Assembly (NCBI GenBank): GCA_041906785.1
Contig: JAYRIM010000028.1
Location: 204,383 to 268,382, forward strand
Direction: 5' to 3'
DNA from: Candidatus Levyibacteriota bacterium
GTDB taxonomy: Bacteria; Patescibacteriota; Microgenomatia; Levybacterales; UBA12049
DNA length: 64,000 bases
A program made the position numbers and the translations under genes. This document shows, piece by piece, positions 52,622-61,788 of the stretch (position 1 is its first letter; each line of letters begins with the position of its first letter). The notes under the pieces are model-generated. The model made no database searches and was not told where the DNA came from. It saw nothing but the letters and a program-made list of their open reading frames with translations.

Positions 52622-53934
52622 AAAATTTTCTTTCCGGTTAGAATTTTTCTGGTTTCGAGCATCGCGGTATATGTGGGGAGGATATACAAAGTTTCACTGG
52701 TGGCAATTTCTTCAAGTCCCGAAGTAAGTGCATCCTCCAATTTTTCAAATATTTTGAATATTGAATTGTATTTTTGAGTTTTGAGTTTTAAATTTTTATT
52801 TTCGAAGGCATATTTTATTCTGAGAGCCATGTCATACACTCTGTCTCCAGATATTGAAATTGTTTCTTTGCCATCTAATATGCCTTCTATGTCCGTGTCC
52901 CATATCCACGAAACATCTCTTCCGTCTGGAATCCTATCATTGAGAACGAAAAGAATGTTTTTTGCTCCAAGCTTCTTGATAGTTCGAAGTGATTCATTAA
53001 ATCCTGTTGGGTTTTTTGAAAGGAAAATTTGTACTTTTTTTCCTTGTATTTCTATTTCTTCTTGTCTACCAAACGCTGGCAGAAAGCTTTTTAAAGATTG
53101 CATTATAGCTTCCCTGCTAATCCCTATTGTTTGAGCAAGTAAAACTGCTGAATGAACATTGTATTGGTTATAAAGTCCTTTTAAGGGGTAGCATTCTACT
53201 TGATCTATATTCGCTTTTGGCCGTTTAAGACCACATTTTTTACATTCCCAATTACCAAGATGAGAAAATGTAAACGTTTTAAATACGAGTTTATTGCCAC
53301 ATTGGGGACAATATATTGAATCGACAGCATGAATTTGTTTTAGTTCTTTTTCTCCATGGTGATGAGCACTGAAATATTTTGCATTTGCAGATACACCAAG
53401 ATAGGCTACTGCAGGATCATCAGCATTAAGAATTAACATTGTTTTATCAAGTTTTTTAATAGCTTCCTGCCATTTTATAGCTATAGTGTTTACTTCACCA
53501 TAACGATCGAGTTGATCACGAAATAAATTCAGAATAATCAAATAATCAGGAGAAATTTCTTTCAAAATGTGAGGTAAGGCATTTTCATCAGATTCGAAAA
53601 TAGCGAAATCATAATCGAGTTTTCCTGTAAAAGTAGCATTCAGTAAAATACTTGATGCAATACCGTTTAATAAATTTGCCCCAGACTCATTAAGAAAAAC
53701 TTTACTTCCTGATTTTTCTAAAATATGCGCAATTAACTTTGAAGTTGTCGTTTTGCCATTCGTACCTGTGACAATTATCAATTTCGTACGTGATTTTCTC
53801 AAAATATCTCTAATAAAGTCTTTATTTACTTGTAATGCTATATGCCCAGGCCAAGTTGACCCATGCCCAAGATTGAAAGATTTCACAAGTCTAGAGAAAA
53901 TTTTGCCAGCACTTATTAGAAGAAAATTAAGCAT
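52618..53934 (-). CDS. murT: Lipid II isoglutaminyl synthase MurT subunit
   Basis: TGTNGKTTT, NLFRDQLDRYGE, CPQC..CKKC, KNPTG, DGRDVSWIWD, PTYTAML. Confidence 0.93.
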   Translation of the reverse strand: MLNFLLISAGKIFSRLVKSFNLGHGSTWPGHIALQVNKDFIRDILRKSRTKLIIVTGTNGKTTTSKLIAHILEKSGSKVFLNESGANLLNGIASSILLNATFTGKLDYDFAIFESDENALPHILKEISPDYLIILNLFRDQLDRYGEVNTIAIKWQEAIKKLDKTMLILNADDPAVAYLGVSANAKYFSAHHHGEKELKQIHAVDSIYCPQCGNKLVFKTFTFSHLGNWECKKCGLKRPKANIDQVECYPLKGLYNQYNVHSAVLLAQTIGISREAIMQSLKSFLPAFGRQEEIEIQGKKVQIFLSKNPTGFNESLRTIKKLGAKNILFVLNDRIPDGRDVSWIWDTDIEGILDGKETISISGDRVYDMALRIKYAFENKNLKLKTQKYNSIFKIFEKLEDALTSGLEEIATSETLYILPTYTAMLETRKILTGKKIL

Positions 53935-53982
53935 AAATGTATTGTAACACGGGTATATATCAAACCCAAGCATGGAGAAGTT

Positions 53983-54870
53983 CTACATTGATCGTAGTAT
54001 TTTTATTCTTTCTTCAATAGGTGGGTGGGTGTTAAATAATCCTGCAAAGCGCTTACCGACATCTTTCTTAAATGGATTTTCTATAAATAAATGCGCTGTT
54101 GCATTGGAAGCACTGTGGACAGGAAGGGGATCTTTCGAAATTTTTTCCAATGCAGAAGCTAGACCTTCAGGATACCGTGTTATAAGCACACCTGATGCAT
54201 CAGCAAGAAATTCTCGTTTTCGAGAGATTGCGAGTTGGATTAAGGTGGCTGCTATTGGAGAGAGGATTGCTAATAGTATGCCTAGCAGAACGAAAATTGC
54301 CTGCCCTTTCCCTTTACTTCTGCCTGAACCTCGAAAAAAACCTCGTAAAAAAAGATCTGCGAGAATTGAAACGAATCCTACGAGTATTGCTGTGATAGCC
54401 ATCAGTCGAGTATCAAAATTTCTCACGTGAGATAATTCATGTGCGAGGACACCTTCAAGTTCTACCTTCGAGAGTTTTTCAAGTAAACCTGTAGTAACTG
54501 CGACTGCTGCATGATTCGGATCTCTTCCTGTAGCAAAAGCATTTGGAGATGGGTCATTGATCAGATATAGCTTAGGCATAGGCACTCCAGAGCCAATAGC
54601 TAGATTTTCTAATATATGATAAAGCTCAGGATTTTGCTTAACGTCGACAAGCTGTGCACCAGTTGTAGCAAGGACCATTTTATCTGAATAATAATAACTT
54701 CCTATACTTGATATTCCGGAAAAAATAAGAGCAAAGCCAGCGTATGCGAGAGGGCTAGCTCCATATGCCTGAGCGAAGACATACGTAATTGTCGTAATAA
54801 AGACCACAAAAAGAACCATAATGAGATAACTTTTCCATTTGTTTTGGGAGATTGCTGTGTAGATATTCAT
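53983..54870 (-). CDS. htpX: Zinc metalloprotease HtpX (M48)
   Basis: PNAFATG, AHELSH, SRKREFLAD, THPP.EERI. Confidence 0.95.
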   Translation of the reverse strand: MNIYTAISQNKWKSYLIMVLFVVFITTITYVFAQAYGASPLAYAGFALIFSGISSIGSYYYSDKMVLATTGAQLVDVKQNPELYHILENLAIGSGVPMPKLYLINDPSPNAFATGRDPNHAAVAVTTGLLEKLSKVELEGVLAHELSHVRNFDTRLMAITAILVGFVSILADLFLRGFFRGSGRSKGKGQAIFVLLGILLAILSPIAATLIQLAISRKREFLADASGVLITRYPEGLASALEKISKDPLPVHSASNATAHLFIENPFKKDVGKRFAGLFNTHPPIEERIKILRSM

Positions 54871-54880
54871 ATAGGGAAGT

Positions 54881-54946
54881 ATTGTTAGATTGTTATAATG
54901 CTCTATTGTTTAAAAATCAATAAAACAATTTAACAATAAAACAATG
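54881..54946. repeat. Four 8-mers followed by four inverted 8-mers
   Basis: attgttag attgttat aatgctct attgttta, then aatcaata aaacaatt taacaata aaacaatg. Confidence 0.8.
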
Positions 54947-54987
54947 TTGTTTTATTGTTTGTAAGGGTTCTTTCTTAAGACTATATT

Positions 54988-55539
54988 CTAGAAAGAAACC
55001 TTCACGTTCTTTCGTTCTTCCTCATTTGCTTCGAAGAACTCTGCTGGTTTAAAACCAAACATATTAGCCACAATTACATTTGGAAAAACACCAATCTTTG
55101 TATTATATTCCAGTACATTGCTGTTATAGAATTGCCTTGAATATGCTATCTTATTTTCAGTGTCAGATAACTCCTCTTGTAATTTAGCGAAATTCTCATT
55201 TGCTTTAAGGTCAGGATAACTTTCCGCCACAGCAAATAATGATTTTAAGGTTTGGCTTAACATATTATTCGCTTCGGCCTTTTCACGTGTCCCTTGTGCT
55301 GACATTAAACTTGCCCGAGCTTTCGTAACATTCTCCAGAAGTTCTTTTTCATGTTTTGCGTAACCCTTTACTGTTTCGACAAGATTAGGAATAAGGTCTG
55401 TTCTTCTTTTTAGTTGAACATCGATGTGAGAAAGAGCCTCCTGAATTCGTAATTTAGCAGCAATAAGACTGTTATATACCAGCCATAAGTAGACGAGAAG
55501 CAAACCGAATAAGCCTAAAACGATAAATAATGCGTTCAT
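54988..55539 (-). CDS. lemA: LemA family protein
   Basis: [35 protein letters not shown]; SD AGGAGGTG. Confidence 0.96.
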   Translation of the reverse strand: MNALFIVLGLFGLLLVYLWLVYNSLIAAKLRIQEALSHIDVQLKRRTDLIPNLVETVKGYAKHEKELLENVTKARASLMSAQGTREKAEANNMLSQTLKSLFAVAESYPDLKANENFAKLQEELSDTENKIAYSRQFYNSNVLEYNTKIGVFPNVIVANMFGFKPAEFFEANEEERKNVKVSF

Positions 55540-55622
55540 TGTATCACCTCCTTTTCAGAGTGTATCATTCTCTTTTTGCAATCTTTTTTCAATGATTAAA
55601 AACACAACAGTTTAAATATACG

Positions 55623-57389
55623 TTATTTTTTTAACCAATTAACTACTTCATTATACGATTTTGCATTTAAAATGTTAAGCTTTGTTGCCCAACCTCTTCG
55701 TGCGACTGAGACACCATATTCCATAAGATTCATTTGATCTACGGCATGGCTATCCGTATTAATAACGAGCATGACATTTTTATCTACAGCTTTCCTAACA
55801 ATTTCATCTGTCAGATCAAGACGTGAAGGATACGCATTAATTTCAAGTGCTTTATTTTGTTCTTTACAGAACGTAAGTAATGTATTCCAATCAAGTTCAT
55901 ATCCAGACCGCTGATTTATGAGTCGTCCAGAAGGATGTGTGAGTACTTTTGCCTTTGGATGAGAAAGTCCTTTTAATACCCGTTTTGTCATCTTCTCACG
56001 ATCCATTGAAAAAACACTATGGATTGATACAAGTGTAAAATCTAATGTATTTAAAGCCGATTCCGGTAAAGCCAGAGAACCGTCTGGAAGTATATCTGTT
56101 TCCATAGAGTAAAAAATGTGAACCTTATCTCTGACCATTTTTTTTACTCGATCAATTTCTTTGTTTCTTGCTTCTATAAGAGACAGTATGTCTTTTTCTG
56201 TATGTTTCGAATTGCTGGGGTTATGCTCGGAAAATCCGATATACGAATAGCCAAGTTCTAAAGCTTTTTTTGTCATTTCTTCAATTGAGTTTTTTCCTAA
56301 ATCATGGCTTGGTTCTATTGGAAAGCTTGAATGTAAGTGAAAATCACCTTTCATATCTTTTTTTTCTAAAAGAATTGGTAAAGTATGATTTGCAGCTTTC
56401 TCGATTTCTCCTGTATCTTCTCGGATTTCTGGTGGAATCAAATCGAGTCCCAGATAGTTATAGAAATCCTTTTCATTCGTAAACGTTTCTAACTTCTCAG
56501 TTTTAAGATCTTTAATTCCTCTTTCGGAAAGGGATAGTCCTTTTTTTAGGGCAAGTTCTCGCAAGTGAACATTGTGGTTTTTACTTCCGGTAAAGTGTTG
56601 TAAAAGAGATCCGAATTTATCTGGTGCCATGACCATTAAATCAATATGTTTTCCTCCAGATACGATAAGGCCTGCTGAAACATCCCCTTCTTCGATAATC
56701 TGCTCTTTATATGGATACGAAATAAAATGCTTAATGACTTCTTGTGCTTTATCAGTTGATACAGCTAAATCAACATCTCCTATCGTATCTCGTCTTCTAC
56801 GTAAGCTACCTAAAGGATAGATTTCTTTTACAGCTTTTGATTGCTTCATATAGCTAATTATTTTTTCAGCAAGTTCGGAGGCATAAGGAAGAGTCATTCG
56901 CACAGATTTCGTTAATCCGTTTTTATATGATGTTAGTGCTTGGATAATATCTTCTTGAGATTTCTGACCGAATCCTTCAAGTGAAGCAATAACCCCAGAT
57001 TCTGCCACTTTTTTGAGGTCATCAATGACAGTTTCGGGATCATGTAACTTAAAATGACTTACAAGCTTGAATGATTTTTTGGGTCCAAAGGTAGGTACAT
57101 CTAAAAGAGGAAAAACAGCAGGTGGAATACCTTCCATTATAGTTTCAAAATGTTTAACTTTACCTGTTTTTATAAGCTCAACTAAATGTTGCTTTATAGA
57201 GGGACCAATCCCAGGAATATTTTCAATAGAGTTTTCCTGAATAAGATTTTTTATTTCAGCTGTGCTCGCATCTAAAGCATCCGCAGCTTTTTGATAGGCG
57301 ATTATCTGGAATCTATATTTTTTTTCGTCTTTAATCGCATATGTGGCTGCGACATTTCTAAGAAGTTTGGCAATTTCTTTATTTGACAT
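55623..57389 (-). CDS. polX: DNA polymerase X with PHP domain
   Basis: IPGIG HhH, GSLRR..TIGDVD, HFTGSK.HN, PHP motifs H.HS, HP.GR, NTDSH. Confidence 0.95.
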   Translation of the reverse strand: MSNKEIAKLLRNVAATYAIKDEKKYRFQIIAYQKAADALDASTAEIKNLIQENSIENIPGIGPSIKQHLVELIKTGKVKHFETIMEGIPPAVFPLLDVPTFGPKKSFKLVSHFKLHDPETVIDDLKKVAESGVIASLEGFGQKSQEDIIQALTSYKNGLTKSVRMTLPYASELAEKIISYMKQSKAVKEIYPLGSLRRRRDTIGDVDLAVSTDKAQEVIKHFISYPYKEQIIEEGDVSAGLIVSGGKHIDLMVMAPDKFGSLLQHFTGSKNHNVHLRELALKKGLSLSERGIKDLKTEKLETFTNEKDFYNYLGLDLIPPEIREDTGEIEKAANHTLPILLEKKDMKGDFHLHSSFPIEPSHDLGKNSIEEMTKKALELGYSYIGFSEHNPSNSKHTEKDILSLIEARNKEIDRVKKMVRDKVHIFYSMETDILPDGSLALPESALNTLDFTLVSIHSVFSMDREKMTKRVLKGLSHPKAKVLTHPSGRLINQRSGYELDWNTLLTFCKEQNKALEINAYPSRLDLTDEIVRKAVDKNVMLVINTDSHAVDQMNLMEYGVSVARRGWATKLNILNAKSYNEVVNWLKK

Positions 57390-57410
57390 CGCTTCAAGTT
57401 TAGCAAAGGA

Positions 57411-57439
57411 TTGCCTTCACTGCAATTATTTGTTACAAT
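57411..57439 (+). promoter_or_regulatory. Sigma70 promoter of tRNA-Asp
   Basis: TTGCCT-17 bp-TACAAT with TG extension, 12 nt before the tRNA. Confidence 0.65.
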
Positions 57440-57451
57440 TGCATCGAATCT

Positions 57452-57526
57452 GGGGTGGTAGCTCAGTTGGTTTAGAGCGCCTCCCTGTCACGGAGGAGGT
57501 CGCGGGTTCGAGTCCCGTCCATCCCG
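57452..57526 (+). tRNA. tRNA-Asp(GTC)
   Basis: GGGGTGG/CCATCCC acceptor, CCTCC-CT-GTC-AC-GGAGG, GTTCGAGTC. Confidence 0.95.
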
Positions 57527-57580
57527 CCCAGAGAGTAATAATTATTACGAATTTCTTACACTGTTTGTAATAATCTCCTC

Positions 57581-57608
57581 TTGACATCATAATTTTTCGT
57601 CTTATAAT
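57581..57608 (+). promoter_or_regulatory. Consensus sigma70 promoter of the LysM gene
   Basis: TTGACA-16 bp-TATAAT. Confidence 0.7.
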
Positions 57609-57636
57609 AGTCGCAACTGTCCAGATAATACAAATT

Positions 57637-58506
57637 ATGGCAACAAAAAGGGCAGTTAAAAAAACTGAAAAAACAATAAAAACTCCTGTGGAAGAACAAA
57701 AAACAACTTCATCATGGACCAGTTATTTAAATTTTGGTGAATCATATAGTAGCTTGATTCTCGGTATTGTCGTCGTGATAGTTACTACAATTCTTCTGGT
57801 TTTTCTGGTTAAAGACAGAAATATTACTCAACAAACAAATATAAAAAAGGATGTATCTTCTACAAATAATACTATTGACAATAAGACACTTGCAAAGATT
57901 AGTTTAACTACTGCTCCTACACAAACACCAGCCGTTTCTCTAAATCCTTCTCCAACAAAAAAACCTACATCTATTCCAACTCCGACAGTACAACCAAAAA
58001 AAATAGCATCTGCTGTGAAACTTTCTCCTACTATTACGAAAAAGCCGACTCTTAAACCGACCGCTACGGTACAACCTACAGCAATTGCTGTAAAGCTCTC
58101 TCCTACGATTACCCCACAGAAAGTTACAAATGGAAAAACGTACACAGTAGTCTCAGGAGACAATCTCTGGAAAATTGCTGAGGCTCAATACGGCAGCGGA
58201 TATAATTGGGTAGATATCGCAAAAGCCAATAATTTAGAAAATCCGAGTGTCATTTCAGCAGGGACGAAATTAACAATTCCGTCCGTGACTCCTAAGATTA
58301 AAACCGTCGCCTCAGCGCAAGATGTTTCATACGGTTCGAAGATTACAGGAACGACTTACACTGTGCAGAAAGGTGATCATCTATGGGGTATAGCAGTACG
58401 TGCATATGGGGATGGCTACAAATGGACAGAAATCGCAGCTGTTAATAATATCAGTACTCCAAACATTATTTATTCCGGACAAGTAATTAAACTTCCTCGG
58501 TCGTAA
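57637..58506 (+). CDS. Membrane-anchored protein with Pro/Thr-rich linker and two LysM domains
   Basis: One TM; YTVVSGDNLWKIA..YG and YTVQKGDHLWGIA..YG. Confidence 0.92.
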   Translation: MATKRAVKKTEKTIKTPVEEQKTTSSWTSYLNFGESYSSLILGIVVVIVTTILLVFLVKDRNITQQTNIKKDVSSTNNTIDNKTLAKISLTTAPTQTPAVSLNPSPTKKPTSIPTPTVQPKKIASAVKLSPTITKKPTLKPTATVQPTAIAVKLSPTITPQKVTNGKTYTVVSGDNLWKIAEAQYGSGYNWVDIAKANNLENPSVISAGTKLTIPSVTPKIKTVASAQDVSYGSKITGTTYTVQKGDHLWGIAVRAYGDGYKWTEIAAVNNISTPNIIYSGQVIKLPRS

Positions 58507-58645
58507 CTTTCCCTGACTTTTTCTATTAATTTTCGATTTTATTTCGAGATCTATTAGCGAAGAACTTCTATTACTAAAAGAAAACTTAAGCAACAAATTA
58601 AACAAATTTTTTATACGGACAAAAAAAATATTCAAACTCTTTTTG

Positions 58646-58673
58646 TTGCGTGCTGTGGTAAAATTGATATAAT
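58646..58673 (+). promoter_or_regulatory. Sigma70 promoter ahead of the tRNA-Gly remnant
   Basis: TTGCGT-16 bp-TATAAT with extended -10 TG; predicted start near 58680. Confidence 0.65.
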
Positions 58674-58682
58674 TATGAAATT

Positions 58683-58836
58683 GCGGTGGTAGTATCAGTC
58701 TAAAGCGAACTATGTTCGCATTATGACTGACCAGCCAATATGCGAAGCTTATGGCTGGCAGTGGTAGTATGCTACCATCCTCAGCCAATAACTATGGAAT
58801 TTGGCTGACCCGCTTGAATGCAAAGCTTTCAGACGG
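58683..58836 (+). pseudogene. Degenerate 5' half of tRNA-Gly interrupted and followed by four hairpins
   Basis: Removing 58695-58758 gives GCGGTGGTAGTACAGTGGTAGTATGCTACCATCC, which matches 29 of 34 nt of tRNA-Gly 59117-59150. Confidence 0.8.
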
Positions 58837-58850
58837 CAAGGCTAAAGAAT

Positions 58851-59126
58851 ATGTATTTTACATATGTGCTGAGATGTATTGATAATAAGAGAGGTCGAGT
58901 TGAGTTTTATACTGGCTCAAGTGAAACATTACCAAACCGTATTGAGGATCATAAATCAATGAGAGTAAAAACGACTAAGTCTTTTGATAGTATAGAACTT
59001 GTCTATTACGAAGCTTGTCTGAATAAAACCGATGCTCTTCATAGAGAGAATCAATTAAAAACAGGATTTGGAAGAGGATATATTAAAAGAAGAATTGAGA
59101 ATTATTTAAAAAATTTGCGGGGTTAG
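58851..59126 (+). CDS. Stand-alone GIY-YIG nuclease
   Basis: MYFTYVL...FYTG.S..L..R...H...K.TK....LVYYEA......A..RE.QLK.G.GR. The TAG stop lies inside tRNA-Gly. Confidence 0.92.
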   Translation: MYFTYVLRCIDNKRGRVEFYTGSSETLPNRIEDHKSMRVKTTKSFDSIELVYYEACLNKTDALHRENQLKTGFGRGYIKRRIENYLKNLRG

Positions 59127-59187
59127 TACACCGGTAGTATGCTACCTTCCCAAGGTAGAGAAGCGAGTTCAATTCTCGTACCCCGCT
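59117..59187 (+). tRNA. tRNA-Gly(CCC)
   Basis: GCGGGGT/ACCCCGC acceptor, CTACC-TT-CCC-AA-GGTAG, GTTCAATTC, T discriminator; CCA not encoded. Confidence 0.93.
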
Positions 59188-59233
59188 CAAATTGAAAGTA
59201 TCTACATCTTATTATCCCTGATAAACTAGAATT

Positions 59234-59671
59234 ATGAGCGAGTATGATCCTAATTATGTTCAAAAAAAATCATTTGCTATTGTTGGTCAAAAAGCGATTG
59301 TTTTAAACGCTGAAAACAAACTTCTACTATTACAAAGATCTGAAAAGTCAGGTAATGGTGGAAAATGGTCTGTGCCTGGAGGTGCACTTGAATTTAGTGA
59401 AGAACCTCTTGCAGGAATTGAGAGAGAAATAGAGGAAGAAACACAATTAAAAGTTTCAAGTATCCAGCCCTATCATGTAAAGTCTTATATAAATCAGGAT
59501 GGTGATTTTGTGGTAATTATTGGGTACTTGTGTAAAGCTGAAACTGATCAAGTTAAACTTAATTGGGAACATGATAACTTTCAATGGTTAACAAAAGATG
59601 AAGCTTTAAAACATGAGTTGACAACAGATGGACTAACCTTCATTGAGAATTTTCCTCTTGACAAAGAATAG
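59234..59671 (+). CDS. NUDIX hydrolase
   Basis: WSVPGGALE.SE......REIEEET, LNWEH..FQW. Confidence 0.9.
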   Translation: MSEYDPNYVQKKSFAIVGQKAIVLNAENKLLLLQRSEKSGNGGKWSVPGGALEFSEEPLAGIEREIEEETQLKVSSIQPYHVKSYINQDGDFVVIIGYLCKAETDQVKLNWEHDNFQWLTKDEALKHELTTDGLTFIENFPLDKE

Positions 59672-59692
59672 CTTGATTTGGTAACTTAAATC

Positions 59693-61369
59693 GTGCCCTC
59701 ATTGAAATCTTCGAATAAAAAAAGAACGAAATATATTTTTGTCTCCGGAGGAGTCATTTCAGGTATCGGAAAAGGTTTAACAGCTTCATCAATTGCATTA
59801 CTTTTAAAATCCGCCGGGTATAAAGTCGCCCCTATCAAGTTTGAAAATTATCTTAATTTAGATGCAGGCACAATTAATCCTATTGAACATGGAGATCCGT
59901 TTCTCTGTGAAGATGGCGCAGAAACAGATATGGACATTGGTTCATATGAGAAATTCCTTGGTGAAGACATGGGGCGTGATAACTTCGTAACAATAGGAAA
60001 AATTTATTTCACTGTTATGGAGAGAGAACGAAGATTTGAATATAAAGGTGAGGATGTCGAAGCGATACCTCACGTTACAGATGAAATCATTTCCCGAATT
60101 ACAGGATTAGCTGAGAAAAAAGGTGCGGATATTGTTCTTATAGAACTTGGAGGGACTGCTGGGGAATACCAGAATATTTTATATTATGAAGCTTCACGTA
60201 TTATGACATTAAAAAACCCCGGAGATGTGGTACATGTTCATGTAAGTTATATGCCGACACCTGGGCATTTGGGAGAACCAAAAACGAAACCTACGCAATT
60301 ATCTGTCCGAACACTAAATTCAATGGGTATACAACCAGACTTCATTATTGCCCGTTCCGATAAGTATATAGATCAGCGTCGACGGGATCGTTTTGCTCTT
60401 TTCTGTAACATGCATCCTGAGGATATTATTTCTAATCCAGATCTCGAACATCCCTATGAAATACCTTTTGTGCTTCAGGATCAAGATTTAGCACGAAAGA
60501 TTATGAAGAAATTATCACTTCCTATAAAAACTTCTGATTTGTCAGAGTGGAAAAAATTGGTTGAAAGAATTAAAGCGAAGAAGTCCAAAGAGATTGAAAT
60601 TGCGATAGTAGGTAAATACTTTGGAACCGGTGACTACCAGCTTCGAGATTCGTATGCTGCATTATTCGATGCTATTGATCATGCCGCTTGGAAGCTTGGA
60701 GTAGCTGTAAAGACACGGTGGGTTGATGCTGAGAAAGTTGAGAAACAAGGAACAAGTGTTATAGGTAAACCAAATGGACTAATCGTTCCCATCGGTTGGG
60801 GAGAACGTGGAGCAGAAGGAATGATTGCTGCAGCTTCGTATGCCAGAAAAGAAAAAATTCCGTATTTAGGACTTTGTTATGGTATGCAGCTCGCTACAAT
60901 CGGTTTCGCTCGAGATGTGATGGGATGGAAAGATGCTGATACTGAAGAGAATAACCCAAAAACGAAACACGCTGTAATTCATTTTATTCCTGCGCAAAAA
61001 GAAATGGTTGCCAGAAGAGCATATGGAGGGACGATGCGATTGGGTGGCTGGGAAGCATTTGTTAAGAAAGGGACACGCGCGTATAGTTTATATGAAAAAT
61101 ATGGAGGCCTTCTTGATAAAAAGACAGGTTTAACCAGTGAACGACATCGTCATCGATATGAATTTAATAGTGAATATGACGCAGATTTCGAAAAAGCAGG
61201 TCTTATTATTGCTGCTCGTTCAAAAGTAGAGAATCTCGTAGAAATAATCGAATTACCTGAAACAGAACACCCCTTTTTTCTTGGCACACAAGGTCATCCA
61301 GAATATAAAAGTAAGCCTCTCCAACCGCATCCGATATTTATAGGTTTTCTTGAAGCGTCTAGTAGATAA
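59693..61369 (+). CDS. pyrG: CTP synthase
   Basis: SGGVISGIGKG, KTKPTQ, GLCYGMQ, ERHRHRYE, HPEY. Confidence 0.97.
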   Translation: MPSLKSSNKKRTKYIFVSGGVISGIGKGLTASSIALLLKSAGYKVAPIKFENYLNLDAGTINPIEHGDPFLCEDGAETDMDIGSYEKFLGEDMGRDNFVTIGKIYFTVMERERRFEYKGEDVEAIPHVTDEIISRITGLAEKKGADIVLIELGGTAGEYQNILYYEASRIMTLKNPGDVVHVHVSYMPTPGHLGEPKTKPTQLSVRTLNSMGIQPDFIIARSDKYIDQRRRDRFALFCNMHPEDIISNPDLEHPYEIPFVLQDQDLARKIMKKLSLPIKTSDLSEWKKLVERIKAKKSKEIEIAIVGKYFGTGDYQLRDSYAALFDAIDHAAWKLGVAVKTRWVDAEKVEKQGTSVIGKPNGLIVPIGWGERGAEGMIAAASYARKEKIPYLGLCYGMQLATIGFARDVMGWKDADTEENNPKTKHAVIHFIPAQKEMVARRAYGGTMRLGGWEAFVKKGTRAYSLYEKYGGLLDKKTGLTSERHRHRYEFNSEYDADFEKAGLIIAARSKVENLVEIIELPETEHPFFLGTQGHPEYKSKPLQPHPIFIGFLEASSR

Positions 61370-61434
61370 ATCCTTCAGAAATTCATGCAATCAGAATATT
61401 GTGAAAAGCTTAGATTTACGGTATAATAGAGCCT

Positions 61435-61716
61435 ATGGTACAGCAAATAGATTTCCAACCAGGAGATACAATTCAAGTTTTCCAGAAAATAACAGAAGGT
61501 GAAAAAACACGTACACAGATGTTTGAGGGTGTCGTTCTTGGAATTCGCGGACGTGGTGAAAATAAAACTTTTACTGTTAGAAAATTGGTAGGCGATGTAG
61601 CAGTAGAACGCATATGGCCAATAGGTTCACCTAATATAGAGAAAATAAAAATAAAAGCGAAACCAAAAGATCGAATAAGAAGAGCAAAGTTGACATACCT
61701 CAGAAACTCCAAATAA
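61435..61716 (+). CDS. rplS: 50S ribosomal protein L19
   Basis: FQPGDT, RTQ.FEGVV, TFTVRK, VERI.P..SP, RRAKL.YLR. Confidence 0.97.
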   Translation: MVQQIDFQPGDTIQVFQKITEGEKTRTQMFEGVVLGIRGRGENKTFTVRKLVGDVAVERIWPIGSPNIEKIKIKAKPKDRIRRAKLTYLRNSK

Positions 61717-61783
61717 TTTATTCTTCGAGCGAAGTCGAGAGGTTTTCAGTTCTCGGCTCAATTGCACTCGCTCGAACAATAAA
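61717..61783. repeat. REP-doublet-like palindromic element (second family)
   Basis: TTTATTCTTCGAGCGAAGTCGAGA...TCTCGGCT(caattgcac)TCGCTCGAACAATAAA. Confidence 0.8.
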
Positions 61784-61788
61784 CCTTC

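Noticed and set aside
58683-58836. CRISPR mini-array or self-splicing tRNA intron
   Set aside because: No identical repeats at regular spacing and no cas genes. No group I/II core motifs are seen, and the downstream tRNA is already complete.
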